Origin: Octopus sinensis
Taxonomy: Eukaryota
Direction: 5' to 3'
Length of the DNA: 64,000 nt
NCBI RefSeq assembly: GCF_006345805.1
Contig: NC_043003.1
Coordinates: 113,026,001 to 113,090,000, forward strand
Of this stretch, positions 12,503 to 27,097 are shown piece after piece (the stretch's first letter is position 1; each line of letters starts with the position of its first letter). The notes beneath the pieces are model-generated. The model was not told where the DNA came from. It made no database searches and saw only the letters and a list, made by a program, of their open reading frames with translations. The translations under genes were made by a program, and so were the position numbers.

Positions 12503-12842
12503 CTGCTGTTTATATATTCTTAATCAGAAATATATTCAAGAAAACTGAACAGAACAAAAAATGCACGCACACGCAAATATATGTACATGATATGTGTCTT
12601 TGTGCATATAAATCTGTGTGTGTGTGTGTGTGTGTGTATGTATATATGCATGCGTATATATATATATATATATATGCATGTAGAGAATTAGATGTGTGTG
12701 TGTGTGTGCAAGTGGATGTGCATAAATGCATACAATAACAAGCACAACCTGTGGGTGAATACAAATCTTTCTGTGTTTGTGCGGTTCTAGGAACATTATT
12801 TCAATCTCGCTTGTCTGCAAGCCTATTATAATTCATACATAG

Positions 12843-13050
12843 ATACAGGAACGCATGCCTACATACATGCATACATACATGCATACATGCATACATACAT
12901 ACATACATACATACATACATACATGCATACATACATACATACATACATACATGCATACATACATACATACATACATACATACATACATACATAACATACA
13001 TACTTACATACATACATGCATACATACATACATACATACAAACATACATA
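12843..13050. repeat. (ATAC)n microsatellite within a larger (TA)/(CA) field
   Basis: Directly visible. Confidence 0.95.
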
Positions 13051-13551
13051 TATATATATATGTGTATGTATCTCTATATATAATGTATATATATATATAT
13101 ACACATATACATATATACATACATATGTGTGTGTAAACATATGTATGTATATATAAATATGCATGCAGAGATACATACATATATGCATAAACATATACAC
13201 CCACACATACACACACACATACTCATATATATGTATGCACATATGCTTACTCATTCACACGTTCAAACACACAAATATGTCACAGGTATACATAATATGC
13301 TTATAAGGTAATGCGTATATTTAGATACAAGTGTGTGTACAAGGATATGTGTGTGGGGTGGTGGGGTGGATGGGTGGGTGGGATTTGTTGTCTCTAAGAG
13401 TATTGATCAACGTTCCGTAAAAGTTGAACAAAAACATCCACAGTTGTCTTAGACTGGATTAACAATCACTGATGCATGTAATACACCCTCACATATATAT
13501 CCATATATACACACACACACACATATGCATATATACTTGTATATGATATTT

Positions 13552-13608
<57 letters not shown>

Positions 13609-14059
13609 AAGTGTGTGTGTGTAGTGAAATAAATTTAGCCGTGTAGTGTAATGCTATCAGAAAAATTTCCCGGGAACACAAATGAATGTCTTATATCTAG
13701 AAATGTGAATATCGCCATATTGAAGGATCTATAGACAAGGATGAGAAGAAGTAACATAGAAATAGAAAGAAAAGCACGGGATCCGTAGAATTCGATCGTA
13801 AATGTGAAGGAATGTAGCAATGATAGGAAAGGGTTGATTAGTACACAACATGGTTGTAATCGGGGTACAACTATCAGGACATAACCTGCTCAATGCTCTT
13901 GGGAGAAGAATTCAAGGATTTGGTTACAAGCTATTAATTTCCTTGGAATCACACATTTCAAATGGGAAAGAAAATGATGTAGAACTGAAAATATATATAA
14001 CTGTAAAAAAGATGCTGACCTTCAAAATTATTTTGAACCTTCGAAAAGAGGTGTGACGC

Positions 14060-14300
14060 CACCTCATGTAGTCAGCATCCGTACAAGTATTGGCCATAAA
14101 CACTTGAACATGTTTCATCCCGTCTCACCAGACTGGAAAAAAAAACTATGCGTATTTCCATTGGTTTCAAATGCTTCCATCAGATCAGAACTGTTTTCCA
14201 TAGTTTTAGACTTCTGTGAATGTCGAACAGCTTGCACCCCACGTTCATCAAGATCTCAATAACGGCTCCTTGTCTCTGCTTGAAATCCTTTTTTACCAGT
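14060..14300 (-). mobile_element. Possible mariner N-terminal fragment
   Basis: Minus-strand DFKQRQGAVIEILMNVGCKLFDIHRSL resembles the mariner R.RAVIEFL..EIH motif. Confidence 0.4.
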
Positions 14301-15540
14301 ATTTGCTATTTAAGCGATCAATAAATAAAATCATGCCCGTATTTGCATTACTCTTTGTGCAACTCTTGTGTGCCTGTGACTGCGTGTGTTTGTGTGTGTC
14401 CCTGCATGTGTGTGTGTGCGCGTGCGTGTGCGTGTGTGTATGTATGCCGATGCACGCACAAGCACACTTAAGAAGCAAAATGGAAAATAGCCATATTACT
14501 AAAAATAAATTAAATCTGTCTTTCATCGAGACACTTTATTCACTCAACTCCCCTATATTTTGCTGCATTAGTAAATCAGATGATGTCACAAACATTATTT
14601 ATAAATTTTAGGAACATATGACTGAGAATCTTTTCCATATAATTCTTACAAAACTAATTGGAAAGACAAAACTCAACAGAAGAAGCAACTGAAATTTGAT
14701 CCGGAATTCAGTCAAGATTTTAAAATACATCTGAGAAAAAACAACTAGTATTTTAGTTGAACCTGAAAACATTAAATTTGAGGCAGACACGGAACTTGTT
14801 GAATAATCCTTGAACAAATCGTGAAACTACCCAAGTGATTGATAAAATCTCATACAATACACGGAACGAAGGAAGGGGGACAAAATAGAAAATATGATAG
14901 CTGAACGAAATGTTAGAAATAAGTTAATAGGTATAAATACACAGCTTACTCCAGTTATGAACATAAAATACAGGAAGGGCGATGAAATGGAGCGCTTATA
15001 CAAGACAATCAGAAAACTGTTATCAGCATTTTTGATGCTACCGCTCGGAAGCTGATATAGATAACGTAGATATACCTTTTATAATGTGGAGGATTGATAT
15101 AGTGACCAACGTATGTCCATGTAGAAAGGCGTCGGAAATCCGACCAAAAACTATTTCATCACACGTAGCAGATACTATGGCGCAGTCGACATCAGATTGG
15201 CCACAGAAATCTAGGTAAGAAACCACTTTATAGCCTCCCTCAGAAATGTTAAATTAATCCTATTAGACTTATATCTTGGCCGACGCAAGATAAGAGTGAT
15301 TGTGATGGATGTACCATAAAAAATAAGCATCTACTGGTTGGTGAAAACTGTACTGGTTGACCTTTGAAGAAGAAAGCGTAATATTGGAAATGAAGAAACT
15401 ACGCAAAGAGAACTGGTTGAGGATAGGAATGGAACTCTAGATCTAAACTGAACAGAGTGACTCGAAGCAATCCCTTACATGCTTCACTTGGTAGATGTCA
15501 ATCAGCCTAGTGGTACCTCGCTACTGAACATGTGATATAG

Positions 15541-15730
15541 GGCGGCGAGCTGGCAGAGTGGTTAGCACGCCGGGCGAAATGCGTCGCCGTATTTCGTTTG
15601 CCGTTACGTTCTGAGTTCAAATTCCGCCGAGGTCGACCTTGCCTTTCATCCTTTCGGGGTCGATAAATTAAGTACCAGTTACGCACTGGGTCTGTCCTTG
15701 TTTAGCCCCTTGTGGGTAGTAAAGAAATAG
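15541..15730 (+). mobile_element. SINE family B
   Basis: GGCGGCGAGCTGGCAGAG...GAGTTCAAATTCC...GGGTAGTAAAGAAATAG. Confidence 0.9.
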
Positions 15731-16002
15731 ATATTTTAGGCTTCGGCAGCTACCGAAAGGTTTTGTTCTTAAAACAGAAAGCAAATGAAAGAATGCCCCT
15801 TAAACATGTAGGTACCACAATCTGAACAACATCATCCAAGCACAACAATAGCAACAGCACCATCAACACCAGTAGACAGAAACTTTCAATGACATTTCTC
15901 ACTCTGTATCTTTCAAAACTTCATTTCTGTTTATCGTCATCAACTCAGCTCTTAACGAATTATAGAAATGCCTCATGCAATTACAAAGACATTATTTCTA
16001 TG

Positions 16003-16401
16003 GAATCTTTTCGGTTTGAACGGCAGTTTGTAACATAATTCCTAGGTAACTAAAAAATTTTAAACTTCGTATACTGGTAGAATGTGGTTATAAAACATCA
16101 TTTTCTCTTGGCTTTATTGAGAAAATTCTCTAGTTTGTAAGATATTTGTTGTTTTTTTTCTTCAATTTTTGCAATTTCAACCAATCACTGACGTCTACTG
16201 AGGTAAAAAACATTCTGTGCCGTATGAATATGTCCCTCGTTTAAGAAACAGATTGGGTTTATTTACATTTGTAAAGAAAAAAATACCCTTCTCCCCACCC
16301 TAACCCTAACCCTAAAACAGATCGATAGTAGGGTCATAATTATGGGTGACATTTTCATGTGACACCGCTAGAAAAAACTGCCGTTCAAACCGAAAAGATC
16401 C
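16003..16401 (-). mobile_element. TTAGGG MITE, copy 3 (inverted)
   Basis: TIRs present; CCCTAACCCTAACCCTAA; TSD TTTCTATG/TTTCTTTG (7 of 8). Confidence 0.9.
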
Positions 16402-16884
16402 TTTCTTTGTCATAGTTACGAGAAATGTGCTTTGTTTGTGTTATAATTTAAAGATTGTTCAGTAAAAACAAAATAGTTTCTGTTAAATAGGGGAACAGTA
16501 AATATAAATTTACTCATTGAACACAGAGAATAGCTCACTACTCAACTAATTGTAGTCTAGAGACTATCGACGTGACTAACAACAATGGCATGTGCGAATG
16601 GATTTTAGAAATGCTAATTCAACCGATAAGAAGTCTGTAGAATCTGGAAATAGATGTACCTAAATACATAGATCCGTATTTACAGTGGCACATAGAAACG
16701 AGTTTAGGTAAATGCAAGACAAATGCAAAGCAATGTGCAGAAAGATTCCATGTGTACAAATGGTATTCATATGTTACTGTAAACAGATGGTGATGGGTAA
16801 GAGTGAGAATAAGAGTGACGACGAGGAGGAGGAGGAGGAAGAGGAGGAGAAGGAGGGGAGGAGGGTGATGATAGTGGTGGTTAA

Positions 16885-16916
<32 letters not shown>

Positions 16917-17137
16917 AACGATGGCAACGACGATGATGAAGAGGAGTAAGATGAGTCAGAAAAACAATGATGCAAGAAGTTAACCATCGTCATTTATGAA
17001 ATATACGAATAAGAAAATATAAGAATTGAAAGTGTTAGCGACGACAACGACGACGATGGTGATGATGATGATGATGATGATGATGCTGATGATAATGATG
17101 ATGATGATGATATTGATTAATCAAAGTAATTGTTGTA

Positions 17138-17533
17138 GGCGTAGGAGTGGCTGTGTGGTAAGTAGCTTGCTTACGAACCACATGGCTCTGGGTTCAGTCC
17201 CACTGCGTGGCACCTTGGGTAAGTGTCTTCTACTATAGCCTCGGGCCAACCATAGCCTTGTGAGTAAATTTGGTAGACGGAAACTGAAAGAAGCCCGTCG
17301 TATATATGTATATATATATATATATGTGTGTGTGTATGTGTGTGTGTGCGTGTATGTGTTTGGCCCCCCAACATCGCTTGACAACCGATGCAGGGGTGTT
17401 TAGTTCTCCGTAACTTAGCGGTTCGGCAAAAGAGACCGACATAATAAGTACTAGGCTTACAAAGAATAAGTCCTGGGGTCGATTTGCTCGACTAAAGGTA
17501 ATGGCCACAGACAAATGACTGAAACAAGAAAAA
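17138..17533 (+). mobile_element. SINE family A
   Basis: GGCGTAGGAGTGGCTGTGTGGTAAG...GACTGAAACAAG. Confidence 0.9.
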
Positions 17534-17559
17534 TACGATAAATATAATTACCGTCAACA

Positions 17560-18350
17560 TCTTGGTCATCATGAAACCAACAAGCTTCACAACGAATTTG
17601 AAGCTAAGAGTTTTCATAACCTTGTTTTGACCCAACAAACCAAAATTCATCTCCACCCTCAACTTCCTTTTCAAGTGAAACTTGAAAGAGTTGATGAGGG
17701 CTCGGTCAAAGATTAAATTGTCTGACTTTAGCCCTTTCAGACGTGTCCACCATTCTATCTCTTTCGCTGCAGCAACCAGACAAATAAAAACTGCCTGCCC
17801 CTCCGGGCCAAAGGAGGGCGGCGGGACAATCATAACTATGGATTCAGCTAGTAGCCGGATCCGTCCTACATGTGACATCAGGTGTTCGACATAAACCCAC
17901 AGGTCACCAAAACTCGGGCACTGGACGAGGGCATGTAGAACGGTCATTGATTGCGGGCGCACATCGAGCAGGCCCGGCTGACGGCACTTCAATGCCTGTA
18001 AAGTTTATCTCGAACAGACAGCGCCCTCGGTAGCACTGCCAGGCAAGGTATTTCTGGAAGTTATCCATAGGTCCAGGGACGAAAGTTCTCTGAAATAGAT
18101 CGGTTAGTTGATCCTCATCGACGCCCAGTGTTTCCCTGAGAACGGCGTCGCACTTTCCCTCCACTAGCCCTCTATAGAATGCTAGAGTGGAAGTACCACC
18201 GACCTCATTGTCCGCCTGGTGGAGGGCTGTGTACGCTTGACGGCACTCGGGTTCCAAGCGCCCCTCCTCAGTCTACGCCTAACCCAGGTTTGTAAAGAGA
18301 CGAGCTGTGGAAAAGTGAGTCTGACAAACGGTGACCAGACCTGCTCACTG
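17560..18350 (-). mobile_element. Tx1/L1-like ORF2 C-terminal Cys/His domain
   Basis: TLAFYRGLVEG..LTDLFQRTF..LAWQCYRG; TVLHALVQCP..LW; AAAKEIEWWTRLKG..FKFHLKRKLRVE. Confidence 0.8.
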
Positions 18351-18511
18351 TCAAGGAAACTAACGGTTCAGCAAAAGAAACCCATAGAATACGTACGAGG
18401 AGTGGAAAGAAGTTCTGGGGTCGATTTCTTCGACTAAAACCCTCCAGCATGACCGAAGTCTAATGGCTGAAACAAGTATCACTGTAACGGAATAACACAA
18501 TATATATAGAG

Positions 18512-19385
18512 AGAGATGGTAACCAAAAGTAACCGGAAACGTTTCTCTGCGGGACAAGCCCTTTGTAGTTCAGGCTTCCGCCGCTAGTAGCCACTGGAGG
18601 TATCAGGAGGTACCAGCTGATTTCCTACTGCCACTGTTGCGTCTTTGTTTTGTAGTGCTTCTTTCACCTTCGTCGATTTTGGGGATGGCTGGAAGGAAGG
18701 AAGAGCCTGCTTCTATGAAATTCTGTCTTCTGCTGGGGAAAACGGCGGCCGAAACACTTGCCATTCTTCAAACAAGAACGCTGCTATGAGCAAAACACAA
18801 GCTGATGAGTGGTTTTCACGCTTTAGGAATGGTCACTTGCCGCTTGAAGAACAACCTCGTTGAAGGCCATCGTCGATCTTCCGAAAGAAAACATCATGAA
18901 AATTCATGAACTGATCTTGAAGGAACATCATTGAACAATTGATGAACTTGATGAAATGATTGTTGCGTCCTGGGGTTCCTGCCAACGAATTTTGAGCGAA
19001 AAATTGTGAATGAAAATAGTTGCAGTAAATTCTGTGCCTCGTCTGCTCACGGAAAATCAAAAGCAGTTACGGCTGAATGCCTGCTGTGAACTGGAAGAAG
19101 AGTTGGATGTTATTCCGGACCTTTTTTCGAAGGTCATCGCTGGTTACGAAACCTGGTGCTACGGAATTTGCAGATGTGGAAGAGGTGAAGAAGAAAACGA
19201 CGGAGGAGTTAAAAGGCATCACTTCGCAACAGCTCCAGGACTGCTTCGAACAATGGAAGAACTTCTGAACCGATACATCGCTTAAACTTGAGAATATTTT
19301 GAAGGCGATAACTGATTAAACATGTAAAACTAAGTGAATAAAATAACATTACAAAATCCCGGTTTCTTTTGGGTGCACTTTCGTT
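18512..19385 (+). mobile_element. Decayed mariner element
   Basis: AMSKTQADEWFSRFRNGHLPLEEQPR (HTH region); KIVAVNSVPRLLTENQKQLRLNAC..; degenerate TIRs (ACCAAAAGTAACCGG / CCGGTTTCTTTGGGT). Confidence 0.7.
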
Positions 19386-19530
19386 TATGTACCCCTTCAC
19401 ATACACGCACAGACACACACACGATTATAAAGATACCTCTTTCGCCTAAATAATTAAGGAATTCAAAGTTATTTTATTTTATTCTCCTTTCAATCTATAT
19501 ATCTCCATAAACAAGCGGAACTACCTACTC

Positions 19531-19830
19531 ATGTGGAGGCACATGGCCTAGTGGTGAGAGCAGCGGACTCGCGGGTTCGAATCTCAGACCGGGCGATGTG
19601 TGTGTTTATGAGCGAAAGCACCTAGGGTCCACGCGGCTCTGGCAGAAGGTAATGGCGAAACCTCTGCTGACTCTTTCGCCACAACTTTCTCTCACTCTTT
19701 CCTCCTGCATCTTGCAGCTCACCTGCGACGGACCGGCGTCCGATCCAGGTGGAGAACCTATACGCCAAGAAACCGGGAAACCGGCCCTTATGAGCCAGGC
19801 ATGGCTCGAGAAGGAACAAACAACAAACAA
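19531..19830 (+). mobile_element. SINE family C
   Basis: Homologous to the copy at 3731; TSD AACTACCTACTC. Confidence 0.9.
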
Positions 19831-20086
19831 AACTACCTACTCGTAACTCCAGCTGACTGGGTTCCATTATAAAGGCTTATCTTTTATGAACCGTCTATTA
19901 CTTTCCTTTTGATGAAATTTAAACTTCATGCTGCTAACAATGCAGTTTATTCCCACATTTTGTTTTTATCTTCCATACATCTTTGCAAGGACTTGCATGA
20001 CCCGTTTATAATCCTTCATAAACTGTAATCTCAACATTAATATATTTTAAAGAAAAAGAGGTACTATTTCTGCTCTTTCTTACATA

Positions 20087-20505
20087 GGCGCAAGGATGTC
20101 TGTGTGGTAAGTAGCTTGCTAACCAACCACATGGTTCTGGGTTCAGTCCCACTGCGTGGCATCTTGGGCAAGTGTCTTCTGCTATAGCCTCGGGCCATCC
20201 AATGCCTTGTGAGTGGATTTGGTAGACGGAAACTGAAAGAAGATGTCGTATATATGTATATATATATGAGTGTGTGTGTATATGTTTGTGTGTCTGTGTT
20301 TGTCCCCCTAGCATTGCTTGACAACCGATGCTGGTGTGTTTAGGTCCCCGTCACTTAGCGGTTCGGCAAAAGAGACCGATAGAATAAGTACTGGGCTTAC
20401 AAAGAATAAGTCCCGGGGTGGATTTGCTCGACTAAAGGCGGTGCTCTAGCATGGCCGCAGTCAAATGACTGAAACAAGTAAAAGAGTAAAAGAGTAAAAG
20501 AGTAA
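20087..20505 (+). mobile_element. SINE family A
   Basis: Full bipartite copy ending (GAGTAAAA)n. Confidence 0.9.
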
Positions 20506-20789
20506 GTCACTAGCCACTGTTTCTACTAAATTACCAATAGTAATCATTCTGAGCACCATCCTGCAAATTGTCGCAGTCCCAATTCTCTCACAGTGAACAG
20601 CATTTGGCAGTAAACACTTCCAGTTAATAACCAATGGGAACAATCCTTATTCCTCATCCAATCCCAGCCAGGCTTACCTAGAAGCTGTCAACAGTAATCT
20701 AGATATGCTGAACAGAACGCAGAGGGTTGTCTTCTTGTTTTGTTTGCACGTTTATTTATGTATGGGTATGTATGGAACATATACACGCA

Positions 20790-20849
<60 letters not shown>

Positions 20850-20984
20850 CAGACAGACAGACATACGTACACGTATTTATATAATTATACATATATAAAT
20901 ATATATATATATATAAGAAAACCGACACGTGATCATGAGTGTGCGTATGTATGTATGTATGTATGTATGCATGTATGTATATAT

Positions 20985-21015
<31 letters not shown>

Positions 21016-21060
21016 TGTATGTACATGTATATATATATATGTATATATGTATATGTATGT

Positions 21061-21106
<46 letters not shown>

Positions 21107-24009
21107 CATACACACACACACACACACCACACACACACATATATATATATGTATATATATATATACATACATATATATATATACATACATACATACATAC
21201 TCACGTACACTCATGATCCCGTTGTGCCGGTTTTCTTTTCTTATTTCATTCTCTCCCGTGAGATTAGATTGCACAACACAACTACTGATGAAATAATGCC
21301 ACAATGTAACTTGCATATAAGGAAGGGTGTAGTCATTTTCTAAAACGTATCATGTGATCTAGATTTACTAAATTCCTCAAAGATAACGGAAAGTAACAAG
21401 AAAAGAAATAACGAAACAAAGAGTATACAACCAGTCGGGTAGAGACATTATATCATCGTTTGTTTTTTCATTCATCGTAAAACAATGCAAAGGAAATATT
21501 AGTAGATAGCAAAACAGATTGGGTTAACATCTTACTCTTATTCATTTTAGCACCCAGCCCCATCGTCGTCAGCCAACTATCTCTCCCCCTTGAGTTTTGA
21601 TTGTATATGTTTCTTCAATTCAAATCCCAACAGATATCAGGGTTGTCTTTCATCTCTCTACCATTGATTAAATGACTAACAAAAAAAAAAAGCTATCCAA
21701 CTTGACGCATTATTCTTTTGTCATTGTTAATCTGTTTTTGCATTTTGCTTTTATAATTGTTGTTGTATTTGTAACCGTTGTTCACTGAAAAACACAACCT
21801 TCTTTTGTTTTGTATTTCTTTTATTTCTGTTCTTTTTGAAGATGAAGGTAAAAAGAAAAAGGGAAAAAAAAAGACTTATCTAGATCATTCTGTTGCACGC
21901 CATAATTCCCTTATGGTCCTCGTTTACAAAAGATATCCGGTTCATCTCAGTGACAGGAACAGTTTAAAGATTTACTGCATACTACTATAAATCTCCTGGA
22001 CTTTTAAAACAAATTCACAACGCTTTCCTCAAAAATATATAGTTGCCTATACATACATATTTTCTCCTCTGTCCACTATTTGAAGAAAAAAATATCGATA
22101 GGCGTTAACTGGAACTTTACAATTTTGATCACAAATGAAATGAACTTAGATAAAATAATTCGAAAATTTCAAGTTGAGCTGTACTGAAGATTCGAAAGGA
22201 CGAGGAAATGATATCAAACATGGCTATTATGATAATAATAAAGAATCATAACAACAGAAATATATGCAGTAACATCTCAGCCCTTTCACTCTTTCAAAAA
22301 AAATTCTTTACAGAAAAGAAGAGAGTGATAAGCTTAAAAATTCTTATCTCCCCTCGAACAGCAAATCTCTTTCATTCTGTCTCCACCAAAATATATTCAA
22401 CTTTATGTAAGACCACTAATTTTTCTCTCTCCTTTAAGGAAATATTGTATCGGTGGTCCCATGATAGTCCTAAATGCCTCACATTTTCTTGTATGTGTCC
22501 AACGTTTCATCTGCTTTTATTCTACCCTCTCAGAAATACTCCCTTTCTAACTATCCTGAGGTAATTAAATTTCTACTGGATGAATTTTGCCCTCTGTATT
22601 CCTATTGTTATCTACACATGGTATATTATTTCGCATCCACTTTCACCTTCTTATATAAGCATTACAATTCCGAGGTAAGTTTTCATTTAGGAAGTCTTTG
22701 TAAATTTATATATACACAAATATCAGGGCAATGGAACATTCCCACCAAACCTTCATCCAAGTGCAATCATTACAAACCGGATATCCTTTATTTGTGACAA
22801 ACAAGAAAACTCATGTACCGGAATAGACGTCAGTTCCTCTGCTGAAGTGAATATCTCTTCGAAAACCAAAGCGATAGATTGCTACGTACAACGACTTCCA
22901 GATCTTTAGCTTCGATACCAAAATTATTAATTTACACTTATACAAATAAGGATTGGTGCACTTCACTTTATGAGTAAATGCCTAAGGGACAATCTGGATA
23001 TGCTGGTTTTTTCAAGACAACCAGCTTGCATGCACATTACATATCCAAACTGTAAGTGCAACAGTAAAAATATGCAAGACTTTTCTCAGGTTCAAAGCGT
23101 GATGCTTTGGTTATCTAAATTCCAATCTTGGAGTTTTGAGTCTTTGCTAGAAATTAGCTCCTTCCTTACTGCAACATTTCAGAAAATTAAAAGCAGAAGA
23201 AAATATACATACACCGACACACACCTATACACACACACACACACATGTATGTATATGTAAAGATATATACATATACAAAGAAAGAGATAGAGAGAATAGA
23301 ATTATTTATTCGTATATGTGCATGTTTCCATATATGTATGTATTTATGTATATATGTATATATATTTACATGCATACAGAGTAATCCCCATTAGAACTGG
23401 TAACTTTTACAGTAATATATTTCTGGTTTAAAGCAGAATTTATTTATAACAAGATTATTTTACTTGTAAAATGTTCTTGTTTGTGATCCATTAATAATAT
23501 TTCGTTTCACGTAATCACTCTATTTCCTTATAACTGACGACATCAAGTGTACCAATAGTTGTTACAATAGAACATGTATTACAATTTAATTTCTCAAATA
23601 ATAATGTCATGCGAGTTTTGTCTTCACATGCTTTTCAATGCCTATTTCCAACTTTCACCAGTTTTTTGAAAATCTATCATTTTCAATTATCAGTTCGGTT
23701 GTCTCTGCTGAAGTCTTTCTTCTTTGTCAAATTACATTTTGAATTGTTTTGGCGGCCATGTCATGTCTCTTACGAAGTTAATATTTCAATGACATTACAC
23801 AATCTCTTACTATACGCTTGGTTATAATGTCGTTTGTGTCTTCTCTTTCACATCCAGTTGACATTTGGTTATTATTTGTTGGTGTTGTTTTATCACAACT
23901 ACTTAATATTTCATGGAATTTTGGTAGTGACATTATTTCCTTTAATGCTATGTAAGCATTTCCAATGAAATAGCGACTGACCAAGTCAATAACTTACCAA
24001 TCGGGAGTT

Positions 24010-25830
24010 TTGTGTTTCAGTTTTCATATCGGTGCTAGATTATAATCAGTCTGTTTAGGCCTCAAAATTCGAAAATCTATAAGGCAGTACTACAGCTTGG
24101 CCACAGTTCAGAGACGACAGGAGTAAAGGAGGCATTGTAGGGTTGTTGTCAATGCTATAGCAAGCACTATTGTATCATTATGATATAAATCCTACTGGAT
24201 TGATTATAATATGAATCCCAGACAACATGGATGCATTCCTGATCACTGGCATCTGATAGACTATGTCATTATATGGCAATAAGACAGAAGAGACGTCCTC
24301 GTCACGAGGTGGGCCTTAATGCTGGGGATTGCTGGACAGATCATCGCCTTATTACTACAGGCATGATGACCACCATTCGTAAAACACCAAAGATGGAGCA
24401 TCAACCACAATTTCGTAGAAAATATAACATCTCAAATCTCCGGAACCCTGACACTAAACCCATCTTTGAAGCTAAAATATGTCAGGAAATTAGTTCTAAT
24501 CTGGTAAACAACCAATCTGTTGATGAAGAATGGAGAAGCATTCCAGACATGGTCACAGAACCATCGTTACCTTCAGCAAGACTAAAAATCAGGACTGCTT
24601 TGATGAAAACAATATTGAAATCTGCAACCTGATTGAAACGAAAATGAACGCTCAACTGGTTCATGAGCAAAACCGAAAATCCAGACTCTAAAAAAGAAGA
24701 AAAGCATTTCCAGAAGCTAAAAAGGATTGCGAAACAAATCTAAGAAAACTGCAGAGCATTTGGTGTCAAGAAAAAAACAGTCGAACTTCAAAGCTACGCA
24801 GATGCTCGCAATCTCATCAACTTCTATGCCGGAACGAAACAACTATGTGGTCCTGTGCGAACATCTAGAGGAAGATTCTTTCTACATGCTGACAATATAA
24901 GCATGCTGAACGATCTACCTATGCTGGAAAGAACATGTTTTCACTCTGTTAAATAGAAACTAGAACACAACCGAGAACTTCCTGGGAAACGTCTTAAATT
25001 CTCCCCCTCAGTTGTGGATAAAGAGGAGGCCTAATCTTCATGAATTCAAGCAAGCTATGAAGCAATTGAGACCAAGAAAGTCTCCAGACCCAGATAACAT
25101 CCATTTCGAGCTGATCAAATCTGCATCTTTATCCTGAATAACTGAAATTTGCAAGTCGTAACCAACTTAAAAAATGGTGGTCGAAAAGCTTGTGGGAACT
25201 GCAGAGGAACATCATTACTTTCATTGGAAATGTATTTGCCAGGTTTCTTCTAAATCGGCTCAAGAAAGAAAACATCCTACCAGAATCTCAATGTAGATTC
25301 CGTGCATCTCATGGTACAATTGATATGATTTTCTGTGCAAACTAACTCCAAAAGAAAGGCAAGGAATGACAAAAATCCATTTTTCTTCTTTACTATTTTT
25401 TCGTAAAGTCCTTTAATAGTGTCCAAAATGTTATGTAGGAAGTTCTTCATTGTTTTTTGATGTCCTGATCACGTTATCCCTCTCGTTTAAGCAATATATG
25501 ACTTTAAAACATATTGTCAGAATAATTTTTAATCATGTAGGGACTAAAACAAGGACGCGTCTTGGCATCTACGCTAGTCTTCTTGTATCTTGCGGCTGTA
25601 CTTCACGATATCGATATGCTGGAGGACTTTCCAATCTTAGAAGCCTTCGATCTAAACATCTAACACACCCCCAACGTCTCTGTGGATTTCATTATGCTGA
25701 TGACAATGCCGCCCTCTGTCATTTAAAACAACTCAAAATGTAAGTGAACAATTTTGCTATTGTCTACCATCAATTTGGTATAACAGTAAACATCAAGAAA
25801 GCCAAGTTGTTGAACAACCATTACCAGAGA
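24010..25830 (+). mobile_element. RTE/BovB-like LINE remnant (APE C-terminus, RT)
   Basis: HWHLIDYVI..RDVLVTR..DCWTDHRLI; ELQSYADAR..FYAGTK; ILPESQC; HYADD..; GITVNIKK. Heavily frameshifted. Confidence 0.75.
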
Positions 25831-25903
25831 GGGTAACATCAAAATCTTATTAGATTTTCATGTTTACTATCAGGGAGTGAATTATATTATCAATAATAAT
25901 AAT

Positions 25904-26265
25904 GGGTAAAATTGATTAATCAATTAAAAATAAATAAATTTACCAAGTAGTCCGGTATTTTAAAAGAACCAATAACCTTATAGAAAAATTCTATATTTAT
26001 AAGCATAATTATAACTAGGGTTCAGCAAAATTTCTTCACCCCATGCCGAAATTTAGAAATAGCAGCTAAATTCTATTCCATTACCATCAGATATCTCCCA
26101 AGCAGTAATTCTCTCAACTCAGGCAGGTAAAAAGAAAACAATAACGAATCTACCCAGTTTTGAAGAACTATATACGCGTTTCTGAGTTAAAGACATGTAA
26201 ATCTTTTAACATACCGAATTACATAGCAAAATTATTAATTATAAATTGATTAATTAATTTTACCC
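25904..26265. mobile_element. Repeat element with 22-bp inverted termini between inverted (AAT)n/(ATT)n
   Basis: GGGTAAAATTGATTAATCAATT vs AATTGATTAATTAATTTTACCC. An internal segment recurs at about 53044-53115. Confidence 0.55.
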
Positions 26266-26293
26266 TTTATTATTATTATTATTGTTATTATTA

Positions 26294-26397
<104 letters not shown>

Positions 26398-26416
26398 ATA
26401 TCTATATATAGATATA

Positions 26417-26684
26417 ATATTAAATTAGAGATAAAACCACTATTAGGCAAATCATACAATGAAAAACTTAAGCCAATACATAAGATTATTTAATTTATAT
26501 TATTTAAATATATAACAAAATTATTAAAAAAATATAATTAATTATATATTAATTATATTTTTTTAATAATTTTAAATAATTTTGTTATATATTTAAATAA
26601 TATAAATTAAATAATCTTATGTATTGGCTTAAGTTTGTCATTGTATGATTTGCCTAATAGTGGTTTTATCTCTAATTTAATATA
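26417..26684. repeat. ~270-bp near-perfect palindrome
   Basis: Arms AATTAGAGATAAAACCACTATTAGGCAAATCATACAATGA... and ...TCATTGTATGATTTGCCTAATAGTGGTTTTATCTCTAATT. Confidence 0.9.
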
Positions 26685-27030
26685 ATATAATTTTTTACTA
26701 TAAAATTGGATTCAATCTTAAACCGTTTTTTACCCTGTAAGTTTGGATTTATTCCCTAATATTTATTATTATATATATATATATATAATCCAGGGGGTGT
26801 AAGGTATTTGAGGGCACATTTTCTGGGGACATAGCTGCATAGTCAGTATTAAGCTTAAAATTGTGACAAAGAACTTTTAACGAAATAAAGCACATGAAAA
26901 TATTAGAAACATGACACTGAAACGGTGAGAACATGCACACACACACACACACATTCATAATATATTTATGTGTGTAGGATGGTATATACTTATATATGCA
27001 CATAAATATATATATTTAGATATATATATA

Positions 27031-27097
<67 letters not shown>

